Positions 15,412-25,147 of a stretch of DNA of 33,841 bases are shown piece after piece (position 1 is the stretch's first letter; each line of letters starts with the position of its first letter). This DNA is from Candidatus Marsarchaeota archaeon (GTDB taxonomy: Archaea; Micrarchaeota; Micrarchaeia; Micrarchaeales; CABMGC01). The notes below the pieces were generated by a model. That model made no database searches, was not told where the DNA came from, and worked only from the letters and a program-made list of their open reading frames with translations. The position numbers and the translations under genes were made by a program. The stretch covers positions 1-33,841 of the forward strand of contig JAMCZF010000051.1 of assembly GCA_023485825.1 (NCBI GenBank). Direction: 5' to 3'.

Positions 15412-17187
15412 ATGCTGTTCCGCGACGTTTCAGGATACTACGATCGCTTAGAGTCAGTGTCCTCGCGGCTGACGATGATAGATCTGCTTTCGGAGATGCT
15501 GTCAAAGGCCTCTAAGGACGAGATACGCGCGCTCGTGTACTTCACGCAGGGCATACTTGCGCCGTCGTTCGAGGGGGTTGAGACCGGGATGGCAGAGAAG
15601 ATGGCCATCACGTCGATAGCGATGGCGACGGGCTTCGAGCAGAAGGAGGTGGAATCGTCATTCAGGAAGACGGGGGACATGGGCAAGGCGGCAGAAGAGC
15701 TCGCCGCCAAGACAAGGCTCAGGAGAATTGGCACCACGAAGCCCAGCGTGGAGCGCGTGTTCCAGACAATGCACAAGATAGCGAAGACCTCTGGCCAGGG
15801 CAGCAAGGAGGTCAAGCTGAAGCTGCTTGCCGGCCTCCTTGCCGAAGCAACGCCAGTCGAGGCAAGATATGTCGTGAGGTTTGCGCTGGGCAAACTGCGC
15901 CTGGGCATTGGAGACGCAACCATACTTGAAGCGCTTGCCAAGTCCGGCACGGGCAGCAGGGAGGCGAAGACGCAGCTCGAGCATGCGTACAACCTTTGCA
16001 GCGACCTTGGGAAAGTCGCAGAGACCCTGTACTCGGAGGGCATGCGGGGTATCGAGTCATTTGAGGCAGAGCCGTTCAGCCCCATACGTCCTGCGCTCGC
16101 AGAGCGCGCGAACACATTCGAGGAGATAATGAAGCGCATGAACGGGAGATGCTATGCAGAGAGCAAGTACGACGGCCTGCGCATGCAGATACATCTCGAC
16201 AGGAAGGCCGGGCGTGTCGAGATATTCTCAAGGAACCTAGAGCGCCTCACAGAAATGTTCCCGGACGTTGCCAGGGCGGCGCTTGATGAGACGACAGCGC
16301 ACAGCGCCGTATTCGAGGGCGAAGCGATATCCTACGACGACTCCTCCGGCGAGTTCCATTCGTTCCAGGAAACAATACAGAGGAAAAGGAAACATGGGAT
16401 TGAGGAGGCGGCGGAGCAGTTCCCCATGCATGTCTTCACATTCGATCTGATGTACTTGAACGGGAAGAGCTACATAGGCATGGAGTACACCGGGCGCAGG
16501 GCCGCGCTCGAGTCGATGCTCAAGGAGGGCAACATTATACGCTTGACTGACAGGATAGAGGCAAGATCCTCCCCTGAGCTGGAGAGGTACTTCAACACTG
16601 CAGTAGGCAGCGGACTTGAGGGCATAATAGCCAAGGAACCGGGCTCGAAGTACGTCGCAGGCGCAAGGAAATTCTCGTGGATAAAGATGAAGCGCAGCTA
16701 TAAGGCCGAGCTCTCCGACACCGTTGACTTGGTCATAATAGGGTACTATCTCGGCAGGGGCCAGCGCGCAGAATTCGGCTTCGGGGGGCTGCTCACTGCG
16801 GTTTACAACAAGGAGCGCGATGCATTCGAGTCCATAACGCGCATCGGCACCGGATTCACGGAGGAGCAGATGGTGTTCTTCCGGAAAGATCTCGGCAGGT
16901 CAAGGAGCAGGAATAAGCCACCGCGCGTCGAGTCAGTGCTAGTGCCTGACTTCTGGGTCGAGCCATTGCATGTGATAGAGGTTCGCGCTGACGAGATAAC
17001 GAGGTCGCCAATGCATACATGCGGAAAGTCCGATTACAAGGACCAGGAGGAGCAGGGCTACGCCCTGAGGTTCCCAAGGATAGTCGGCAAGGGCTATCGC
17101 GACAAGGGCCCTGAAGACGCGACAACCACGCATGAGATAGTGGAGATGTTCAAGCTGCAGAGGAAGAAAAAGATAGATGACGGATGA
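15412..17187 (+). CDS. lig: ATP-dependent DNA ligase (archaeal/eukaryotic Lig1 type)
   Basis: 591 aa. Motif I is ESKYDGLRMQIH. Other motifs: FEGEAISYD, FTFDLMYLNG, LEGIIAK, KFSWIKMKR. An OB-fold C-terminal domain is present. Confidence 0.95.
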   Translation: MLFRDVSGYYDRLESVSSRLTMIDLLSEMLSKASKDEIRALVYFTQGILAPSFEGVETGMAEKMAITSIAMATGFEQKEVESSFRKTGDMGKAAEELAAKTRLRRIGTTKPSVERVFQTMHKIAKTSGQGSKEVKLKLLAGLLAEATPVEARYVVRFALGKLRLGIGDATILEALAKSGTGSREAKTQLEHAYNLCSDLGKVAETLYSEGMRGIESFEAEPFSPIRPALAERANTFEEIMKRMNGRCYAESKYDGLRMQIHLDRKAGRVEIFSRNLERLTEMFPDVARAALDETTAHSAVFEGEAISYDDSSGEFHSFQETIQRKRKHGIEEAAEQFPMHVFTFDLMYLNGKSYIGMEYTGRRAALESMLKEGNIIRLTDRIEARSSPELERYFNTAVGSGLEGIIAKEPGSKYVAGARKFSWIKMKRSYKAELSDTVDLVIIGYYLGRGQRAEFGFGGLLTAVYNKERDAFESITRIGTGFTEEQMVFFRKDLGRSRSRNKPPRVESVLVPDFWVEPLHVIEVRADEITRSPMHTCGKSDYKDQEEQGYALRFPRIVGKGYRDKGPEDATTTHEIVEMFKLQRKKKIDDG

Positions 17188-17337
17188 GCGCCTTCCTGGA
17201 CGGCATGGGGGTCTGCCGATTACAAGCCGTGCGGCGGTCCGGCAGGCTTTGCCCGGGGAACGCTGTCGGCATTATGCGCTTCCGCGTGCGCGATGCCGCG
17301 CTCGCTGTTCTGCGGGAATGTCTGCGCGGTTTTGATG

Positions 17338-18399
17338 CTATCGAATATCATGCGGTTGCTGCTCCTTGACAGCGAAGAGCGTCGCTTCCTGCCTATTGCT
17401 CGGCAGGACTCTCACGCCCTTCACGATGAACTCGCCTTCAAGCTCCTTCGCGGCTATGCCCACATACTTCTCTATGTTCCTCGTCGTGCATTTTATTGTG
17501 GCGAGGGCGATGCCGTTTTTCTTCAGGTAACGCGAAAACCGCAGCAGGGCCGCTGCCGTCTCCTCAGGGGAAACGTTCATGTCGCAGGCTATCATTGATA
17601 GCTTGCCTATGCTGCCAAGGGATGCCCCCCCAAATCCCGACTTGATATCAATGACATCGAACATGTCGACGTCGGCTTTCTCGGGCCTTCCGTCGGCCGG
17701 CACGCATATGCTTATGCCCAGCCTGTTGAATGCATCGTAGTCGAGTCTTCCCTTGTCAACCGCTATGACCTTCATCCCCCTTTTGGCAAGGTATGAGGTC
17801 CAGCCACCGGGCGCTGCGCCAAGGTCAAGCGCGATCCCGCTTTTGGTCCTTATCCTGAACTCGTCGAATGCCTGCATTATCTTGAACTCGGCTCTGCTGA
17901 TGCCGTTTGACAGCTGTTTGTAGTGCCTGCCCGGGTCTATGAATCGCAGTTGACTGTATGAAATGAATCCGATGTAGCATTCCATCCTGAAGAGCACCAC
18001 ATAGCACAGCACCTCCGGGTTTGCTATGTCGATGTTGGCGCCATTGCCTTCAAGGCCCCGGCCCAGGAAGACCTCGATGTCCTTGGCGGAATAGCCCCTC
18101 CTGGACAGTATGTCGATGCACTCTATCTTCATCCGCTTCTCTGTTATCCTGGAGCCTTCCAGGGCACGCATTATGGAGTTGAGGTAATCAGATTCCTCTA
18201 TCCTGCTGTGGAACTGCAACTTCAGAATGCGGTATATGAACCTCGCGCCTGATGCCCCACTTTTTATATTGATGTTCCTTGCCCTGATTATGTGCATGTT
18301 CAGGAACCGCGATATTGTCGTGTACTCGCCGAAGAGCCTGCGCAGCTCAATCTCATTGCTCTTGGGGAAGTATAGAGAGCCGTAAACTAGGTAAAGCAT
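17338..18399 (-). CDS. RlmM/FtsJ-like SAM-dependent 2'-O-ribose RNA methyltransferase with an N-terminal THUMP-like domain
   Basis: ISRAEFKIMQAFDEF...ALDLGAAPGGWTSYLAKRGMKVIAVDKG...MIACDMNVSPEE parallels the E. coli RlmM core (SRSTLKLEEAF..VDLGACPGGWT..MVCDM). I chose the ATG at 18399 to avoid a 47-nt overlap. The track ORF extends to 18486. Confidence 0.8.
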   Translation of the reverse strand: MLYLVYGSLYFPKSNEIELRRLFGEYTTISRFLNMHIIRARNINIKSGASGARFIYRILKLQFHSRIEESDYLNSIMRALEGSRITEKRMKIECIDILSRRGYSAKDIEVFLGRGLEGNGANIDIANPEVLCYVVLFRMECYIGFISYSQLRFIDPGRHYKQLSNGISRAEFKIMQAFDEFRIRTKSGIALDLGAAPGGWTSYLAKRGMKVIAVDKGRLDYDAFNRLGISICVPADGRPEKADVDMFDVIDIKSGFGGASLGSIGKLSMIACDMNVSPEETAAALLRFSRYLKKNGIALATIKCTTRNIEKYVGIAAKELEGEFIVKGVRVLPSNRQEATLFAVKEQQPHDIR

Positions 18400-18439
18400 C
18401 TTTTCTACCGGTACCGATTGGTTGGCAATAAATTTAGTG

Positions 18440-19276
18440 TTATCTGAACTTCTTGACCAGGGCAGATGCCGCCAGTCTTCCTTCATCTGTCAGGGAGATA
18501 ACCTGCCTCTTGATTATGGCGCCCTGCTGCTGCTCGTGGATCAGTGACATGCCCTTCAGATAGCTGACTGCATCGTCGAACGCAGCGCCGTCCGAGCCCC
18601 TGAGACGCTGATCCTTGCGCACGTCGCCCCGCGGCATGGGCCCCTGCATATGCAGCACTGCGAGAATCCTGGTGCTGATGTCCTTGTTGCTCTTGAGGAT
18701 GAGCTGGCGCCCGTCTTCCAGATGCACCACAATTGGCTTTTCCTTCACATGGCTCCATCTCGACAGGCGTGCGGCAAGGCTTGTGTATGCTCCCTCCTTT
18801 TTCCTCTCCTGCTCAGCCTCCCGCGCGTGTTCCCCGCAGAGGTACACCTTGCCGAAGTTGCTGAGATTTATGAACACATCGCTTATAGTGTACTTGTAGT
18901 ACTCGTTGTAGCAGATGTCGCAGCAGGTAAGCGCGAGCTCGTGCTCCTCCGCCGACGTGTCCTTTGGTATGTCCTTTATCCGCATCCTAGGCACGCCCAT
19001 CACCCTGTACATGTAATGGCACCTGGAACACTCCGCAAGCACGTCCCATTCGTAGGCGTGGCCCGTCTCCTGGGACACCTTCATGTCGCACGGCGGGTCC
19101 GTGTCCATGTGCACCGTGACGCTCAGTTCCGGTGCCCTGGCATAGTATGCTGTTTGCTCCGTATCCGACAGGCATATTGGGCATCTTTTTATTATAGTCT
19201 CGAACTTCACGACCTCGAAGGCCTTTTTCTCAGACACTATAACCATTGAAGCAACCGCCAGGAGTAATCTACCCAC
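18440..19276 (-). CDS. Cys-rich (two putative zinc ribbons) protein with a C-terminal winged-helix domain
   Basis: Cys/His pairs are CPIC...CSRC and CCDIC...CGEH. The C-terminus ISTRILAVLHMQGPMPRGDV...AVSYLKGMSLIHEQ...ISLTDEGR is MarR/TrmB-like. No family was recognised. Confidence 0.6.
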   Translation of the reverse strand: MGRLLLAVASMVIVSEKKAFEVVKFETIIKRCPICLSDTEQTAYYARAPELSVTVHMDTDPPCDMKVSQETGHAYEWDVLAECSRCHYMYRVMGVPRMRIKDIPKDTSAEEHELALTCCDICYNEYYKYTISDVFINLSNFGKVYLCGEHAREAEQERKKEGAYTSLAARLSRWSHVKEKPIVVHLEDGRQLILKSNKDISTRILAVLHMQGPMPRGDVRKDQRLRGSDGAAFDDAVSYLKGMSLIHEQQQGAIIKRQVISLTDEGRLAASALVKKFR

Positions 19277-19334
19277 AGTAACTGTATTGGATTGCAGGAG
19301 GCATGCGGCTGTGCGGATTGCTGCGGTTGTCGTG

Positions 19335-20354
19335 TCAGAGTATGCCGTCGACTGCTGACATGCGCAACGGCTCCGCCTCTTCCAGCCTCTTCCTCGCCTC
19401 TCCGAACTTGGCCTTTACTCCGGTTACGACTGACATCACCCTTATCTCGTCGTTCAGCTCCGGCAGCATGCGCGCGCCGAATATCACATTCGCATCAGGC
19501 GCGAGGTTTGTGGTAACGCCCTCCCCTATCGCAGTGGCCTCCTTTATCGTCAGGTTTGTTCCGCCGACCACATGAATCAGCGCGCCCTTCGCGCCTTCAT
19601 AATCCACTGTGAGGAGAGGATGGGTGCGCGTGGAGCGTATCGCCTGCTCGACCCTGTTGGAGCCGTGCCCTGCGCCGAGGCTTATGACTGCGGTGCCTGT
19701 GTTCTTGACTACATTCCTCAGGTCGGCGAAGTCCAGGTTTATCAGGCTCGGCAGGGTTATCGTGTCTGCTATGCCCTTGACCGCATTGCCTGTTATGTTG
19801 TCCACAAGCTCGAATGCGCGCTCTATAGGGAGATTCGGCACATAGGAGAGAAGCTTGTCGTTCTCTATCACTATCACTGAATCCGCCTGCTTGCTGAGCT
19901 GCTCTATTCCCCATTCTGCCTTGAGCTTCCTGCTGCGCTCCAGCGCAAAAGGATATGTCACTGTAGCTATGACAGTGGCGCCCATCTCCCTTGCCACCTG
20001 TGCTACGAACGGCGCAGACCCCGTGCCTGTGCCGCCGCCCATTCCTGCTGCGATGAACACGAGATTGTAGCCCTTCAGCGCGCCCTCTATCTCTGACTTG
20101 CTTATCTCCGCCGCTTTTGCAGCCACTTCAGGGAAGCCGCCAGCACCGAGACCCTGGGTTATCTCCTTGCCCAGCAGGATCTTCTTCTGCGCCTTTATCA
20201 TGTTGAGGTGGCCCACGTCTGTGTTCATGGCTATGGTATCGGCGCTCTTTATGCCGTTGTTGAAAAGCCTGTTTATCAGGTTGCTGCCCTGCCCCCCCAG
20301 GCCGACCACAGCCACCCTTGGCTTGAATGCATCGTAGTCGAATTCCTCTGCCAT
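19335..20354 (-). CDS. ftsZ: FtsZ-family tubulin-like GTPase (downstream paralog)
   Basis: 339 aa. Motifs are GLGGQGSNLINRL, GLGAGGFPE, the tubulin signature [15 protein letters not shown], and NLDFADL. Confidence 0.93.
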   Translation of the reverse strand: MAEEFDYDAFKPRVAVVGLGGQGSNLINRLFNNGIKSADTIAMNTDVGHLNMIKAQKKILLGKEITQGLGAGGFPEVAAKAAEISKSEIEGALKGYNLVFIAAGMGGGTGTGSAPFVAQVAREMGATVIATVTYPFALERSRKLKAEWGIEQLSKQADSVIVIENDKLLSYVPNLPIERAFELVDNITGNAVKGIADTITLPSLINLDFADLRNVVKNTGTAVISLGAGHGSNRVEQAIRSTRTHPLLTVDYEGAKGALIHVVGGTNLTIKEATAIGEGVTTNLAPDANVIFGARMLPELNDEIRVMSVVTGVKAKFGEARKRLEEAEPLRMSAVDGIL

Positions 20355-21418
20355 TAGATCATCTCTAGGTCGCCAAAGGCGAGTGACCTTTTCTTCTCCT
20401 CGAACTTGCCGAGTATGCTCGAGCCCGATACCCCCGTCACTATCGCCACTATCTCAAGCTGGCCCTCGTATCCGGGTATTATCCTCGCGCCCCACTTGAC
20501 GTTTGCCTTGGGATCCATGCGCTCCGTTATTATCTCACCGGCCTTTATCGCGTCTCCAAGGGTCAGGTCTGATGCGCCCGATATGTGTATCAAGGCGCCC
20601 TTTGCATTCTCGAAGTCTACATCAAGCAGCTTGTTCTTGATCACAGACTCTGCCGCTGACGTCACCTTGTCGTTGCCCTTGCCTGTGCCCACAGATATAA
20701 AACCGACATCGCCGTTGCCCATTATCGAGCGTACGTCGGCGAAGTCTATGTTTATCAGGCTCGGCTGCGTTATCGTCCACACGAGGCCGCCTATGGCCTT
20801 TGACAGTATGTCGTCAGCTACAGCGAACGCCTCATTCATAGGGAGGTTCGGAACGAGCTTGACCAGCTTGTTGTTGTCAAGTATTATCACGCTATCGCAG
20901 GCCTTCCTCAGGTTCTGTATGCCCTCCTCGGCCTTGACCTTCCTGACGCGCTCCAAATCGAACGGGTAGGTTACCATGGCGACGACTATCGCGCCCTGCT
21001 CCTTTGCAATCTGCGCCACAACAGGTATCGCTCCGGTTCCGGTCCCGCCGCCCATTCCTGCGCAGAGGAATACGAGCTGCGCCCCGTAAAGTATCTCCTC
21101 TATCTGCTGCCTGTCGACTTCTGCGGCCTTTGCGCCCACCACAGGGTCTCCTCCTGCGCCGAGCCCCCTTGAGATGCTCTTGCCTATGAGGACCTTCTTG
21201 ATCCTGTCATCGAGCATCTTGAAGTGCTGGACATCGGTGTTTATCGCAACAAGCTCGGTGCCCTTCACGCCGAACTTAATCAGCCTGTTGACCGTGTTGT
21301 TTCCACCGCCGCCCACGCCTACAGTCACTATCTTTATCTGCGTGGACGAACTGAGGTCCATGTTGCTCCCACTGCTATTCCCCGTATTTCCCAAAAGGTC
21401 TCCGGTAAAATCTACCAT
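20354..21418 (-). CDS. ftsZ: FtsZ cell-division GTPase (upstream paralog)
   Basis: 354 aa. Motifs are [36 protein letters not shown], and NIDFADV. Its stop overlaps the next ftsZ start (TAATG). Confidence 0.95.
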   Translation of the reverse strand: MVDFTGDLLGNTGNSSGSNMDLSSSTQIKIVTVGVGGGGNNTVNRLIKFGVKGTELVAINTDVQHFKMLDDRIKKVLIGKSISRGLGAGGDPVVGAKAAEVDRQQIEEILYGAQLVFLCAGMGGGTGTGAIPVVAQIAKEQGAIVVAMVTYPFDLERVRKVKAEEGIQNLRKACDSVIILDNNKLVKLVPNLPMNEAFAVADDILSKAIGGLVWTITQPSLINIDFADVRSIMGNGDVGFISVGTGKGNDKVTSAAESVIKNKLLDVDFENAKGALIHISGASDLTLGDAIKAGEIITERMDPKANVKWGARIIPGYEGQLEIVAIVTGVSGSSILGKFEEKKRSLAFGDLEMI

Positions 21419-21447
21419 CTGATCGCCTGTGAATGATAATCATAGTC

Positions 21448-21459
21448 ATATTTATATAT
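21448..21459 (-). promoter_or_regulatory. TATA-like box upstream of the ftsZ pair
   Basis: The reverse strand reads atatataaatat, centred about 36 nt upstream of ATG 21418. Confidence 0.35.
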
Positions 21460-21740
21460 CTTGCGCTTGTCAGCAGAGTAGTGGACATCCGCTTTCCGTG
21501 GTGGATTGCAGCCGCACGCGGCCGGAAGCACACCTGTCAGTTGAAGGCGGTGAGGGCCAATACCGAGGGAGTTCTGATGTATGGAAGTATATGGATATAT
21601 ATTTTGATACAGACGCGCCGGTAAGGAAGGCGCCGGTGCAGAAACTGCACTCGGACGGCGCTGCTATCCGGCAGGGCTGCCAGGCGGCCGGCCAGTTCAC
21701 TCACAACCGCAAGGCGGCGCACAACAGGGCCAATCCGCCT

Positions 21741-22388
21741 TCACGGCAGCTCAGATGCCACTACAGATGCAATATCGCTGCCTGACACCGCAGGCCCCCC
21801 GATCTGCACGTACGTTGCGACATAAGAGCCCTTGTAGCCCGCGAGTATGGTCCCTGTGCGCCCAAAAACATTCGATGAGATGTAGAAGTACGTCATGCCG
21901 TCTGCACTCGAGTTCACCATTGTGGCGTTAGTCTGACTTTTTGCACTGAGCTGCATCTCGTAGTAGACCTTTGGGGCTATGGATGTATTGAGCACAATCT
22001 CCTCGGAATACGCCCCGCCGGCGCCGGAGCTCGGGGTTGTGCTGTTTATGGTGTAGCTGGCGGCCCATGCGCCGGTCACGTTGTTGATCAGGTAGCCTGA
22101 GCCGGTGCTCGTCGCATTGGACATTATGTAAGACGCAAGGGTGCTGGCTTCTGCATTGCTTGTTGCATTGTACCTTCCGCCGGGTCCTGCGAACTGCTCG
22201 AACTGGCTCTGGTTCATGTACACCGTGGTGCCGGGATTTGACGCTGCGGCCGGGGCTGCCTTGAAGCCCTGCGTGAGTATCCACACCGAAACCGCGGCTA
22301 TGACAACAACTACTATTATGCCGGCTATGACAGGGGTAGGCAGCGTGCGCCTTCCCGGGCTTGCGGTTGCATTCTTCTTGCTGACCAT
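21741..22388 (-). CDS. Membrane-anchored, Ser/Thr/Asn-rich extracellular protein (hypothetical)
   Basis: 215 aa. It has a basic N-terminus and a single TM helix (PVIAGIIVVVVIAAVSVWIL). Many NxS/T sequons follow (NQS, NAT, NAT, NVT, NST, NTS, NAT, NSS). Confidence 0.55.
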   Translation of the reverse strand: MVSKKNATASPGRRTLPTPVIAGIIVVVVIAAVSVWILTQGFKAAPAAASNPGTTVYMNQSQFEQFAGPGGRYNATSNAEASTLASYIMSNATSTGSGYLINNVTGAWAASYTINSTTPSSGAGGAYSEEIVLNTSIAPKVYYEMQLSAKSQTNATMVNSSADGMTYFYISSNVFGRTGTILAGYKGSYVATYVQIGGPAVSGSDIASVVASELP

Positions 22389-22433
22389 CTAATCATCGCG
22401 GATTTATTGAACGCGCATGCTTAAAGACTTATG

Positions 22434-23468
22434 CTACAGTACCACATCGATGTCGAGTTCGGACGCCTGGTGCATTCCTCCGGTGCCCATGACCACTGCC
22501 CTTACGTCCTTCATCGCGCAGTTGTACTTGTCCCATAGGGCCTGCGATGATATTGAGTTCGGCGCATCGTATGGGTATCGCCTTCCCTCGATCCCCGCTA
22601 TGAAGAAGTCTATGCACTCGCATACAAGCCTGTGATAGCCTCCCTCTAGAACCGCGAATGTCTTCACGCCGAGCTGTCGCAGTGTAATCCCGAGGTCGTA
22701 GAACCCGCGCTCGGTGTACTTCAAGCCGAGGCCCTCGTCCTGGTGGCCGTCTGCCCCGAAAGACACCCCTATCACGTCCGGCTTATACTGCAATGCGATG
22801 TGCATCGCCAGGCTCACCGATCCGGCGAGCATATCGTCGCCGGCGCCGGCCGGGACAAGCATGTTCAGTGAGACGATGTTGTTGTGGACCCTTGCTATGT
22901 ACGGCCTCGTGACCGCGCCTAAGGGCCACGCGCCCTCCCCGCTTATCGATATGTATATGATGTCCGCGGCGCCGCCCTTCTGCCTGGCCCTTGACTCGAC
23001 TGTGCGCTGCGTCCCGTCGCCGGGATGCGCATCTATGTCTATGACAAGAACCTTCTTGCCCTGATCCGCCAGGAACGTTGATGCTATGGCCATGTTGTTG
23101 AAGAGGCAAAAACCGCCCTCCGTGCTCGCTGATGCGTGGTGCCCGGGAGGCCTGACGGCAGCGAAGTCGCCATCCATCGCCGCATCCACGCTTATGGCGG
23201 AGGCAATCAGGGCCGCCGCGTACGTATTGGGTGTCGTCCTGACATCTGCAACCCTCTCGCCCTTCCTGCATGCGGCCTTTATGCGCTCTATGTACTCCTT
23301 TGTGTGGACAAGGCCGAGGAGCTCCTCCTTGTCGCGTTTGACGGAAGGAAGATAGTCCATTATGTCTTCCCGCGCCGCAAGTTTGGCGAGTCTCTGCGGA
23401 CCCTCTACATTGCTGCGCACGTTGTGACGAAGCATGTCCCTGTGGAACAGTATCCTCAATTGCATCAT
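22434..23468 (-). CDS. Histone deacetylase-family (AcuC/HDAC-like) zinc deacetylase
   Basis: 344 aa. Motifs are RPPGHHA, GFCLFNN, VLVIDIDAHPGDGTQ, GADGHQDE, and LEGGY. Confidence 0.9.
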   Translation of the reverse strand: MMQLRILFHRDMLRHNVRSNVEGPQRLAKLAAREDIMDYLPSVKRDKEELLGLVHTKEYIERIKAACRKGERVADVRTTPNTYAAALIASAISVDAAMDGDFAAVRPPGHHASASTEGGFCLFNNMAIASTFLADQGKKVLVIDIDAHPGDGTQRTVESRARQKGGAADIIYISISGEGAWPLGAVTRPYIARVHNNIVSLNMLVPAGAGDDMLAGSVSLAMHIALQYKPDVIGVSFGADGHQDEGLGLKYTERGFYDLGITLRQLGVKTFAVLEGGYHRLVCECIDFFIAGIEGRRYPYDAPNSISSQALWDKYNCAMKDVRAVVMGTGGMHQASELDIDVVL

Positions 23469-23556
23469 CCCTGCAAGAATATCGACATTCTATATAATGC
23501 AGGCGGCGATAGAAATATAATAGGTTGGGTCATAATAGCTTCTGTGCCGTGGTTTC

Positions 23557-24993
23557 TTGACCAGTGAGAATAGAATACTCGCGATAATAGTCGTAGGAGT
23601 GCTTATGGGCGCCATCGACTCCACTGTCGTACTGCTAGCGCTGCCCGCGATAACGCAAGCGCTGCACGCGACGCTGTACACATCCATATGGATAATATTG
23701 GTGTACCTGCTTGTCCTGGCGGTGGCAACGACCCAGCTTGGGAAATTGGGGGATATATTCGGCAGGAGCAACATGTTCAATCTCGGGTTTGCGGTGTTCA
23801 CCGTGGGCTCTGCGATGTGCGGGTTCTCGGGTGACGTGCTTGTGCTTGTGTTTTCCAGGGCGGTGCAGGCCGTTGGTGGGGCGCTGGTTACCTCAAACAG
23901 CGGCGCGATCGTTGCAGATACGTTCCCTCCTGAAAGGCGCGGGCACGCCTTCGGGTTCACCGGTTTCGGCTACAACGTTGGCGCCCTTCTCGGCATAGTC
24001 ATCGGCGGGGTTATAACCACGTTCGTTGGCTGGCAGTACATATTCTTCATAAACGTGCCCATAGGAATTGTTGCAGTGGGCCTCGGCGTAGTGTACATCA
24101 AGGACAAGAAGAAAATCCAGCAAAAACTCGACATACCGGGCATGGCCTCCTTCGGCGCATCGCTCGTGCTTCTCACCTTCTCAATGATAGACTTCGCGAC
24201 CTTCGGCGCAACGCCGTTTAACATTGCCCTCGCGACGGTCGGCGCAGTGCTCATGGTTCTGTTCGTCCTGTGGGAAAGGGCATCAGAGCACCCTATGCTC
24301 AACTTCAGGATATTCAAGAGCAGGATACTCAAGTACTCCATATCCGCATCGTTCTTCCAGAGCCTGGGATACATGTCTGTAGTGTTCATTGTGATCCTTT
24401 ACCTGCAGGGAATACGCGGCCTGGATCCGTTTTCGGCTTCGGTGCTCCTGATCCCGGGATACGTGGTAGGGAGCCTGTCTGCGCCGTACATGGGCAGGTT
24501 GTCGGACAGGTTCGGCGCAAGGATACTCGCAACGCTGGGCATATCGCTAATGTGCATTGCAATACTGGTGTACCTTGCGCTTACCGCAACGACATCCTAC
24601 TACATAGTAGTACTCGCCACCATATTAACGGGCATAGGGGGCGCGATGTTCTGGCCTGCGAACAACAGCACCGTGATGGCCCATGCGCCTAGAGAGGAGT
24701 ACGGAAGCACGTCTGGATTCCTGCGCACGGCGTCGAGCGTCGGCATGCTGGGCAGCTTCGTGATAGCCATAACCGCCGCATCGCTGGCAGTGTCAAGGTC
24801 AACGGCATTCGGCATACTTCTCGGGACGTCCAGGCTCATAGGCGGCGTGTCAACGAGCTTCCTGCATGGCATAGACACAGCATTCATAGTATCCATAGCC
24901 ATACTCATTGTGGCCGGCATACTTTCATTCTCGCGCGGCAGGGAGGATAGGACAAAAGCGCATGTACATGCATCAATACAAGGAAAAATCTAG
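23557..24993 (+). CDS. MFS transporter, DHA2 (EmrB/QacA-like, ~14 TMS) type
   Basis: 478 aa, highly hydrophobic. Motifs are GKLGDIFGRSNMF and GRLSDRFGAR. The start is TTG. It is divergent from the HDAC gene across an AT-rich promoter region (23469-23556). Confidence 0.9.
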   Translation: MTSENRILAIIVVGVLMGAIDSTVVLLALPAITQALHATLYTSIWIILVYLLVLAVATTQLGKLGDIFGRSNMFNLGFAVFTVGSAMCGFSGDVLVLVFSRAVQAVGGALVTSNSGAIVADTFPPERRGHAFGFTGFGYNVGALLGIVIGGVITTFVGWQYIFFINVPIGIVAVGLGVVYIKDKKKIQQKLDIPGMASFGASLVLLTFSMIDFATFGATPFNIALATVGAVLMVLFVLWERASEHPMLNFRIFKSRILKYSISASFFQSLGYMSVVFIVILYLQGIRGLDPFSASVLLIPGYVVGSLSAPYMGRLSDRFGARILATLGISLMCIAILVYLALTATTSYYIVVLATILTGIGGAMFWPANNSTVMAHAPREEYGSTSGFLRTASSVGMLGSFVIAITAASLAVSRSTAFGILLGTSRLIGGVSTSFLHGIDTAFIVSIAILIVAGILSFSRGREDRTKAHVHASIQGKI

Positions 24994-25147
24994 CGGAAAA
25001 ATCTAGCAGGGACACCCGAAGCCCCGAACGCGGCCCCGCCAATATACCCGGCCATCCGGCAGGCGTGTGGTCGTGCGGATTCACCGGAGAGGCACTGCAC
25101 AAATAAAGATTGAAAAGGCATACGCCTATTGCACATGGATTTTCTTA

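Noticed and set aside
15438-16139. A 233-aa minus-strand ORF lies inside lig. Similar long shadow ORFs occur at 2555-3103, 6283-7026, 12381-12842, 13806-14507, 20406-20969 and 26567-27157.
   Set aside because: All lie antisense to, or out of frame with, genes that have strong family signatures. All have Ser/Pro/Arg-biased, motif-free translations.
21429-21785. A 118-aa ORF lies in the ftsZ upstream region.
   Set aside because: It has no recognisable motif, it runs over the ftsZ TATA-like box and it overlaps the 3' end of gene 21741-22388 on the other strand. I treat it as non-coding.
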